From a virus (taxonomy: Duplodnaviria > Heunggongvirae > Uroviricota > Caudoviricetes): 28,483 bases of DNA. The position numbers and the translations under genes were made by a program. The stretch lies in IMG/VR virus record IMGVR_UViG_3300025011_000026, one strand, 5' to 3'. Under the pieces are notes generated by a model. It worked only from the letters and a program-made list of their open reading frames with translations. It made no database searches and was not told the origin of the DNA. Of the stretch, positions 1-8,000 are shown piece after piece (the first letter of the stretch is position 1; every line of letters begins with the position of its first letter).

Positions 1-119
1 ATCACACCAAGTTTATATTGAGTGTAATCTTTTGGTGTATTTGCTGAATATATTGAATTTGAACAGAATAATGAAGTTAGCGATAATACTAATATTAGTA
101 TTAATTTATTTATTTTCAT
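1..119 (-). CDS. Secreted/exported protein, N-terminus only (runs off the window; not in ORF track)
   Basis: Manual translation from ATG at 119: MKINKLILILVLSLTSLFCSNSIYSANTPKDYTQYKLGV..., with a basic N-terminus and hydrophobic core like a signal peptide. Strong RBS AGGAGG upstream (plus strand cctcct at about 130-135). No stop before the edge. Confidence 0.75.
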   Translation of the reverse strand, partial: MKINKLILILVLSLTSLFCSNSIYSANTPKDYTQYKLGV

Positions 120-167
120 TTATTTGAAACCTCCTAGAATAAAAGTATTATTTAAAAACTTAAAATA

Positions 168-647
168 TCACAAACTCCCAATCATACACAATTTTCCTTC
201 AGAAATCTCACTAGGTGTTGGATATTTTATATTGGGTGTAAGATCAATATTAATACTACGGAATGAGTCCGAAATTAACTCGCTACAGATAATTGAATTT
301 GTATTAAAATAAGGCAATATTATATTTAGCTTTAGTCGAATATATTCCCACAGAATCAACTTATAATCATATTTCTCACCAATTTGCTTAACCAAATAAT
401 TTATAATTCTTTCTCTCTGAAATCCATTCAGCTCCAAACACCTATAAACATCTATCCTCCCTTTATATTCTTCTAAATTATTGTATCTAACATCATACCA
501 TCCTGCCTCAATAATCGTTCCATTTTTAGCATCAGTGAGAATCGCCGAATGTGAGTAGATTGAATTTTCAACTTCACAAATTGTTTCTGAAATAATTCCA
601 TTTCCTTTGCCTTTTATTAATAAAATATCACAAGGCATTAATTCCAT
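168..647 (-). CDS. Permuted papain-like NlpC/P60 amidase (YiiX/YaeF-like)
   Basis: PCDILL...YSHSAI...IIEA...IGEKYDY...ICSELI: His precedes the catalytic Cys, the permuted arrangement. RBS AAGGAGGTG. Confidence 0.85.
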   Translation of the reverse strand: MELMPCDILLIKGKGNGIISETICEVENSIYSHSAILTDAKNGTIIEAGWYDVRYNNLEEYKGRIDVYRCLELNGFQRERIINYLVKQIGEKYDYKLILWEYIRLKLNIILPYFNTNSIICSELISDSFRSINIDLTPNIKYPTPSEISEGKLCMIGSL

Positions 648-696
648 TTATTTTTCACCTCCTTATTGTTTGATTTGTGTAATAAAATTAAAATAA

Positions 697-728
697 TAAA
701 AGAGAGAAGATTTTGTGTTTCTTCTCTC
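697..728 (-). terminator. Intrinsic terminator after the primase-helicase gene
   Basis: Minus strand GAGAGAAGA-aacacaaaa-TCTTCTCTC followed by TTTTATT; 9-bp perfect stem. Confidence 0.75.
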
Positions 729-743
729 AGGAAAACAAATTAT

Positions 744-3356
744 TTAATTAAATAATTCCTCAATATCATTTTTCTCCAAATATATAAAATCTGCCTGAGT
801 GATAGGAAGATTAGATAAAACTGTCACTGTACAATCGTTCCGCAATAATCTTGCACGTCCCACAGCTTGGATCAATTCTGATTCTATAAGATATAATTGT
901 ATTTCTCTTAACATATTGTCGTCTGAAAATGTCTGAAAGAAAAATTCAAAGTTATTTCTTTTAATTTGCTTATACTCCATTTGAAAATCATTTAATCTAG
1001 GAGTTAATCCTAAAGCAGATGCAAATAGTGTATAAACAATAGGAGCAATGTGCGGAGTTCCTACAATAGCGATGTCTTGACCTCCATAAGCATCCAACCC
1101 AACAGAAGCTCCAAAAGTGGCAATTGTATTAAATTTGTCTGATAGATTTTTATATGTAATAGTTGGTTTATCTTGAACTAATTCCTGTGCCAATTTTAGT
1201 ATTTTAGGACTTTCTTTAATCTGCCATCTGCTAAAACTTCGTTGTGGATACTGTTCAATTTTTCCTTTGTTTTCTACATCCCCTAAATCTATAAAATGTA
1301 ATTTGTCGCCAAATATATGTTTATATATTTTTTCATTGGCTGTAGCACTGAGAATAATAGTATGTTTGTCTGCTAAACTATTTCTTACGACAAAGTAAAT
1401 TTTATCTTGAGAATTAGGATTAAATTCATTACTACTTTTAATAAAATGCGAACAATTTAAGAAACCTAATATATTAGTTGTTGCCCCACTTTCAATAACT
1501 ACTTGCTCTATATTTTTAGCATTTTTAAATACATAAGTAGGCATAGTTTGCACTTCATTAGTTGGTGCTTTCTTTATTAATTCTAATATTGTATTTATTA
1601 TATCTTGATCTTCTTTTGATTTAAAATTATGCATTATTAATTTAGTAAAATCCGAAACTTTAATATGATTTTGTTGTATTAGAATATTTACAATATCTTC
1701 ATCAATTATTAATCTTTCATTTTTATCATCTCTTAAAAACATTAATTTTTGATGAGTTGTAATCAGTGTCCCAACATGATTTTTACAAACATCCATTTGT
1801 TTTAAATAATCCAATAATTCTGGAATATTTTCTAATTTAGCTATAGATTTTATATACGCAGACGCAGAATTAATTGCTCCTATAGAATATAATCTATTTA
1901 TTTTACTCTTATGCTCTGGTTTTAAATTTTCGGGCAAACTAGGAGTGGCTACTACATTAGTATTTCCAGCACTAATCATACGTTCTAAAACCTCAGTTTT
2001 CAATTTATGATTAGGAACAGCTATTGTGGTGTTCTGAACATCTAAATATAGTTCTGTTTTACCTATACCTGTTGGTGCTTTTATTACATGTATTTTATCA
2101 TCTTTAATAACTTTTAACATTTCCATTATTTCTTTAAATTCTGCTTCTGCTACTTCTAATGATTTTAAAACTGGTTGTTGTAATATATTAATCTTTCCAC
2201 GAGGGATTTTGCCTTGGAATATCATATTAATCCCATGTTCACATTCATTAGCGAATGGACAAAAATAATTGCAGCTTTGTGGTTTATAATTCATTTTATT
2301 AATATAATTAAAATAATAATTCCATTTATCTTCGTCATAAATATTATTTTGAGATATTATTTTTTCTAATTCTGTTCTACCACCTTCAACCAATAATAAA
2401 TTTGTTGCCATACCAAAAATTTCAAGATGATATGCCCAATATTCATTTTGACACATTTCTTTAAATAATTTACAATATGTAGATAGTTTATCAAAGTCAT
2501 ATCTTCTAATTAATTTATCTCTTTTAACCTTTTCATTATCTACATTATATTTAATCTTCTTAGGTTTATCTTCCTTATTATTCATAATAATATCATCATC
2601 TTTCCTATTCTCTTTACTAAAATAAATAGTATAGTCAAAAAGTACAGAACTTGAACACGTCCTATTAGTATATAATAGGAGTGGAGGTGTGGATGTACTT
2701 TCTTCAACTTTTTCTTTAATGATTTTAGGATATCCATTAATCATATCAACACCTACATCAGAACAAAATGTTTTAATCTTTTTTAAATAATTATTTTCCA
2801 TTGTTAGAGTAAAATAATGCACTAATCCTTCAATTAAATTTGGTATATTTATAATTTTATCATAATCACTATATATTAACTCCTTACCACCAAAGAAAAT
2901 TCTGGCACCATCTTTACAAGCCTTATCTGTCTCTGGAAACAAATTCATCAATGCTAATTGCACCAAATTCCTTACTCTTACGTCTTCCACATCATGTTCT
3001 AATACAAATACAACTCTGAATTTATTATTGTCCACACTAGAGAAAGTAGTATAAACAAAAGCTGGTATTATGTTATATTTCTTACATCTTTCAATCATAT
3101 CTTCAAAGGAAATTCCATCATCGAAATCTAATCCAAAGAGTCTTTGCGATTGAAAGTTTTCATTTAGTCTTCTTCCATTTTTAAAGGTAGCAGGACACCA
3201 ACTCTTACCATAAGGTTGAACTAAATTGTTTGCTATCTCTTCAATTTCCATATCAACTATATTTTCTGGTATACGTTTACTTATGATTCCTATTTCACCC
3301 TTTTGTGGTTTACAACTGTAACATACATTGTCTAAAGATAATTTCATTTTCAACAT
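744..3356 (-). CDS. Primase-helicase fusion: AEP/PrimPol-like N-terminus, Cys-rich PriL-like middle, SF2-like helicase C-terminus
   Basis: LDFDDG, YTTFS, KFRVVF and DKACKDGARIFFG resemble AEP motifs. The middle has C...H...YKPQSCNYFCPFANEC. Helicase motifs: Walker A APTGIGKT, Walker B IIDED, ILSATA, and motif VI QAVGRAR. Confidence 0.72.
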   Translation of the reverse strand: MLKMKLSLDNVCYSCKPQKGEIGIISKRIPENIVDMEIEEIANNLVQPYGKSWCPATFKNGRRLNENFQSQRLFGLDFDDGISFEDMIERCKKYNIIPAFVYTTFSSVDNNKFRVVFVLEHDVEDVRVRNLVQLALMNLFPETDKACKDGARIFFGGKELIYSDYDKIINIPNLIEGLVHYFTLTMENNYLKKIKTFCSDVGVDMINGYPKIIKEKVEESTSTPPLLLYTNRTCSSSVLFDYTIYFSKENRKDDDIIMNNKEDKPKKIKYNVDNEKVKRDKLIRRYDFDKLSTYCKLFKEMCQNEYWAYHLEIFGMATNLLLVEGGRTELEKIISQNNIYDEDKWNYYFNYINKMNYKPQSCNYFCPFANECEHGINMIFQGKIPRGKINILQQPVLKSLEVAEAEFKEIMEMLKVIKDDKIHVIKAPTGIGKTELYLDVQNTTIAVPNHKLKTEVLERMISAGNTNVVATPSLPENLKPEHKSKINRLYSIGAINSASAYIKSIAKLENIPELLDYLKQMDVCKNHVGTLITTHQKLMFLRDDKNERLIIDEDIVNILIQQNHIKVSDFTKLIMHNFKSKEDQDIINTILELIKKAPTNEVQTMPTYVFKNAKNIEQVVIESGATTNILGFLNCSHFIKSSNEFNPNSQDKIYFVVRNSLADKHTIILSATANEKIYKHIFGDKLHFIDLGDVENKGKIEQYPQRSFSRWQIKESPKILKLAQELVQDKPTITYKNLSDKFNTIATFGASVGLDAYGGQDIAIVGTPHIAPIVYTLFASALGLTPRLNDFQMEYKQIKRNNFEFFFQTFSDDNMLREIQLYLIESELIQAVGRARLLRNDCTVTVLSNLPITQADFIYLEKNDIEELFN

Positions 3357-3411
3357 CTCGCTTTCTTTTTTAATTTAGTTTATTGTTTTATTCCCTCGCC
3401 CAAAAATAGAA

Positions 3412-3605
3412 AACTAGCAGGATAAGATGCGAGTTATCTATTAATAATGAATGGCCTATCCATTACTCCTGCTAGTTGTGTGTAATATTTCAACACAAAT
3501 AAATCTCATCCAATTAAGAATGAGATTACTTCTATTGAAATATTTTTACTGTTTTTGATAAATCGTGGCACATCCTATTAGAGAAAATTAATCCCCTAAT
3601 AGGAT
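3412..3605 (-). other. Array of three long inverted repeats (structured leader/ncRNA or origin-like region)
   Basis: Perfect arms AACTAGCAGGA/TCCTGCTAGTT (3412-3422/3467-3477). AATATTTCAA/TTGAAATATT (3484-3493/3535-3544) with nested AATCTCAT/ATGAGATT. ATCCTATTAG/CTAATAGGAT (3572-3581/3596-3605). Confidence 0.6.
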
Positions 3606-3633
3606 ATGTTGAACAAATTTATTTTTTGCTACT

Positions 3634-3789
3634 TTACTCTTCAATCTCTATAATCCTTAAATCTGTAAGAATTTCCTTGCAAACAAATAAATTATTATCA
3701 TTACTATTATTATTTTTAGGTTTGTAATGGATAAGCAAATCAATTAGGAAATCTATTCGTTCTTCATCTAATTTTAATGTTTTGTTCAT
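3634..3789 (-). CDS. Small hypothetical protein, 51 aa (not in ORF track)
   Basis: MNKTLKLDEERIDFLIDLLIHYKPKNNNSNDNNLFVCKEILTDLRIIEIEE*; RBS AAAGGAG upstream. Confidence 0.65.
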   Translation of the reverse strand: MNKTLKLDEERIDFLIDLLIHYKPKNNNSNDNNLFVCKEILTDLRIIEIEE

Positions 3790-3830
3790 ATCTGTTTTTA
3801 TTTCTCCTTTTTATTAAATTTAGACATAAT

Positions 3831-3856
3831 AAAAGAGAGGATATTTCACCTCTCTT
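3831..3856 (-). terminator. Intrinsic terminator after the tail-fibre chaperone
   Basis: Minus strand AAGAGAGG-tgaaatat-CCTCTCTT followed by TTATT. Confidence 0.7.
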
Positions 3857-3938
3857 AGATATTTTTATAAACCTGTAACCCACCTATAGCTTGATTATAC
3901 TTTCTAAAATACCATCAAAACCGTATTTCGCGGGATTA

Positions 3939-4352
3939 TTAGAAATTTATTAAAGATGCATCTTCAATGCTTTCACAAGCATCAATATCTGACCAACATT
4001 CATGTAATCTTTCCTGATTAACCCATTCCCAAATATTAATATCAATAAGCAATTGTTTTATTTGTGCTTCATCTAATCTTAAAATAGTATCATCTTTTGC
4101 AGAAATGGTAACAGGATATTGAACAATTCCATTACTGACACTAATAAATAGTTTCATCCACTTCATTTGATCAAAATCAGAATATCCATACAATAATTCT
4201 TCTCCTGATGTTGAGGATTTGAATCCAGATTTAACAGTTGAATAATATGAATCATTAATCTGATTCTTTTTCCAAACTTTATAATATTCTAAATCTGTAG
4301 GAATATGAAGTTGGCTGACTTCTGTATATATTCCATTATCTAATATTTGCAT
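3939..4352 (-). CDS. DUF4376-like tail-fibre assembly/chaperone protein
   Basis: The pattern WKKNQIN...SGF...YGYSDFDQMK...LDEAQIKQLLIDI...IDACESIEDASLINF is typical of DUF4376-type proteins downstream of tail fibres. RBS AAGGAG. Confidence 0.65.
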   Translation of the reverse strand: MQILDNGIYTEVSQLHIPTDLEYYKVWKKNQINDSYYSTVKSGFKSSTSGEELLYGYSDFDQMKWMKLFISVSNGIVQYPVTISAKDDTILRLDEAQIKQLLIDINIWEWVNQERLHECWSDIDACESIEDASLINF

Positions 4353-4355
4353 AAA

Positions 4356-4637
4356 TTATTTATTCTCCTTTTCTTTATAATAATCAATTGTTAAAGAGCA
4401 AAGTTTTTCAGCTAAATCATGCCAAGTAACTTCTCCCTTACCATCTTTAATATATTGTTCATAAGCAATTTTAGTTGCTTCGAGAAAATCTTTACCATTA
4501 AATGTAACAGGCTTAAAAACATGTCCATCCTTTAACAAAATACCCATAGTATCATCTGATAAACTATGGTCAAAGCTTAATAAGTTACCTAATATATTTT
4601 TTAATTCACCTAGAGACATTATTTTAATCTCTTTCAT
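4356..4637 (-). CDS. Hypothetical protein (about 93 aa)
   Basis: The ORF track starts at 4691, but ATG at 4637 (MKEIKIMS) has AAAGGAG about 8 nt upstream and avoids overlap with the upstream gene. No recognisable domain. Confidence 0.7.
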   Translation of the reverse strand: MKEIKIMSLGELKNILGNLLSFDHSLSDDTMGILLKDGHVFKPVTFNGKDFLEATKIAYEQYIKDGKGEVTWHDLAEKLCSLTIDYYKEKENK

Positions 4638-4660
4638 AGAAAATACTCCTTTTCTTAACA

Positions 4661-5071
4661 TCAACCAATGTCTACATATCTTCCAAAACAATTTGTTTCC
4701 AATAATAAATCATATGCTTTTCTAAAATTTCCTTCACATATGATAAGTGCTTTCTTAATATCCATAATACCATGTCCAGTAAGTCCACGAAATTCTTTTA
4801 CCATACTTGTGGTTATATTCGTTGTTTTATAATCTATTGAATTCAACTTTTTTCTATATTTAGGAGCGTGTAATTCTTCTATATAGCATCCTGTATAGTA
4901 TCCACAATCACATTTAAGAGTTAAACCGCAATCTGTACCATAAATACCTTTGATATTATCATAGAAATCTTGTGTTGCTCCTATGATTGGAACCATACCA
5001 AGAGTAATTATTTCATCACTCTTGGTTTCATAATGTTTATTGCAAATTGGACAATCTGCCGTTAATAACAT
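4661..5071 (-). CDS. Cys-rich (Zn-binding) protein fused to an EF-Ts N-terminal (UBA-like) domain
   Basis: N-terminal CPIC plus DCG..KCDC..GC. The C-terminal ITTSMVKEFRGLTGHGIMDIKKALIICEGNFRKAYDLL aligns without gaps to the EF-Ts N-terminus (E. coli [38 protein letters not shown]). Confidence 0.8.
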   Translation of the reverse strand: MLLTADCPICNKHYETKSDEIITLGMVPIIGATQDFYDNIKGIYGTDCGLTLKCDCGYYTGCYIEELHAPKYRKKLNSIDYKTTNITTSMVKEFRGLTGHGIMDIKKALIICEGNFRKAYDLLLETNCFGRYVDIG

Positions 5072-5096
5072 TATTATTTGTCACTTCTTTCTTAAA

Positions 5097-8000
5097 TTAA
5101 CCTAACGCTCCTAGTAATTTAGTCACATACTTTGTAGTTACACCAATATTTGCCCTAGTCATCACAATTCTCTGTGCTATTTGACTACCAACTGGAGCAG
5201 ATATTATATATTGATCTTCTTTTGTGTCAACATCAATTACTGTAGTCTTTTTAGTAGGAGTTAGATATGTCTCATTTCCTGAATTTATGATTGAGAATTT
5301 AGAGTCAATTGTGAAATCAGAAGAATTACTATAAGTTAGCCAAGACGCAATTTGTCCTGAACTTGTAGCAGGAGTGATATTATAAACTACTGATTCTTCT
5401 AACAACCCTATGGTAGAGCTATCTGTCCAAACACCTCTAAATTTCACTGCTCCTGTCTGATAATCAGTATAAATACATAGTGGATCAGTGAAATTTTGAT
5501 AATTAGAACACATTGACACATTCGGAGTAGAGCCGTTGCTAAAACTTGTTAAGGCCATAGGAGATCCCCATGAACTTGTATAGATAATTCTGTATATATT
5601 TACATAGGATGACGCATTATACATATTATACATTACATAAATTACATTATTGGTGTCTACAGATATAGATGGGTTAACAGATCCAGTAGTAGTATTTCCA
5701 GTCGTTATTTTGATCATTCCAGACCAAGTAACCCCACCATCAGTTGACTTAGAGTACCTAATGTTATGTTGGGAGCTATCTGTTACATCATACCCATCCC
5801 ATACTACATGAATAACTCCTACGTTATCTACTACTGCACAAGGATTGGATTGGCTATAGGAAGTTCCAAGATAAACATCCTTATTAGCTTGAACTACATT
5901 GTTATTAATTGATGTTGAATGAATTGATTTTGTTGTTCCACCTCTTTGCCATACTATTGTTACATTTCCGTCTTGCTTAACTACAATACAAGGGTTTGTG
6001 CATAGTATACCAGAATCGTTATAGGTTGTAATCTGTGTCACAGCACTCCAAGTAACCCCACCATCTGCACTCTTTAAATATCTGATATTGAAACTACTAG
6101 AATAGGCAGGAACTTTAGAAGAATTGGCAAAATACAAATATCCCAATGAATCAATTGTTAATGTTAATCCTTCACTAAAACTAGTTACTGTATCTATTGC
6201 AACTTTACTACTATTCTTATCAACATTTGCAACTGTTGTAGTATCTATAGCAACCGAATAAGCAATTGTTGCTGTATTAAAAACTACATATATAATATTA
6301 TTAAAACTCACCATGCTTGGTTTACATCCAGACGTTGCACCTGATATGAAACATAACGCTCTAAATATTTGAGTTGATGTTTCCCACAGTTGCAATCGAA
6401 TTGTTCCGTTATTATTTTCTATTGCTACTATATTACCATTTGATAATCTACAAGGTCTACCGTTAGCAGACGTTGTATAGGATGAATTTACTGCAGTTAA
6501 TGGAGTAGAGAAATCATAAGTTGTTATTCCCTCAAATCCTTCCGAAAACCCTAATCTACCATTTACAGTATCAACATTTCCTAAACTACGATAGATTAAA
6601 ACATTCGTTTTATATGAGTGTTGTAGAGGTGTTACTTCTAGGTGAGGAGTGAGGGTTGTTTGGGTGAAGATGCCACGGAATTTTACTGAAGATGTTTGAT
6701 TGTCTTGGTAAATACAGATTGGGTCGGTAAAATTATGATAATTAGAACAAGTTGAGGGATATTGATTACTACTAGTAGTATTGGTAGTTAATTTAACTAC
6801 AATTCCCCAACTACTTCCTGAATATATAATTCTTCTCACATTATAGTTTCCATTTGTTGCATCTGATCCAACCCACAAAATATAGATACTACCACTATCA
6901 TCATAGGTGATTGAAGGCCAAAATTGTTGATACGTATTTCCGCTTGTCAATTTATCATGTCCTGTTGTACCATCTGCTTTTGTCCACGTATTTCCGCCAT
7001 CAGTGGATTTAGCACAACGAATATTTCCAGCAACTCCATCAACCGCATCTTTTCCATACCAAGTAACCCATAAAATCCCACTTTGATCGGTTATGATGTC
7101 TGGTGAGGATTGGGCATATGGGCCTCCATTATAAACTACTTTATTACCCCAATTAGCATCTCCAGTTGATAAATCATGATAAGTAACATTATTATAAAAA
7201 GTTGTTGCTACACCAATAAAATAACCACTATTATTTGCATTATATATAAATAATATATAAGGAACATCGTCTCTTAATCTTATTGAAGGACTTGTAATAG
7301 TATGACCAGTTGTATTCAAAGTTGTAACTTGAACAACACTACCCCACGTTACACTACCATCTACAGCAGATATAGTGCCTTTTACATACCTGATATTGAA
7401 GGAATTGGGGTATGAGCTATTTTTTGAAGAAAAGGTAGCATGTAGTTCTGTGCCTGTTGGGTTTATTGCTAGGGAGCAACCTGTGCCGAAGGATGATTGA
7501 CCTGTATCTGGGACGTTAGATGCAGGGACGGTACTAGCAACTGTAGTAGCATCGAATAACCAGAAATAAGTTGCAGTACCCCCAGACATTGTACCTAATG
7601 AATATAGCATCGTTCCATGACTAACTATACTAAGATACTGATAGTTTCCTCCACTTGTGACTGCCAATTCACTCCATGTTTGACCGTTATCTTTAGAAAC
7701 TTTCCAATGTGCTTTTGCATCAGAAGTATTAATAACAAAAACTATCAACCATCCATTACTTAAAATTTGCGGTCTAGCAGATGCCATTGTTGTATCTGCG
7801 GTTGCAACAACAGTAGTAGGCGTACTCCTATCATGAGTCACGCTACTCTCACTAACTCCACCATTTGTAACAGTAACATATTCTTTACTTACATCATCCT
7901 GAATACTAATTTCCTGCCCTGTTTGAAACCACTTAGTTAATGCAGTTGATACATCAACTTTAGATATTATATTTGTATCACCTGCCGTTAATGGGGATGT

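Noticed and set aside
124-312. Plus-strand 62-aa ORF, and similar shadows at 9822, 24149, 24922, 26316, 26919, 27138, 27414 and 22696 (minus)
   Set aside because: Each overlaps a better-supported gene or promoter on the opposite strand and lacks an RBS.
3914-3934. GC/CpG-rich ATCAAAACCGTATTTCGCGGG motif resembling AAAA-N5-TTTT repeated elements of large Bacillota phages
   Set aside because: Only one copy found in the window and poor dyad symmetry; a genome-wide motif search would be needed.
4661-5071. Calling this gene tsf (functional EF-Ts)
   Set aside because: Only the roughly 40-aa N-domain is present; the core/dimerisation domain and TDFV motif are missing.
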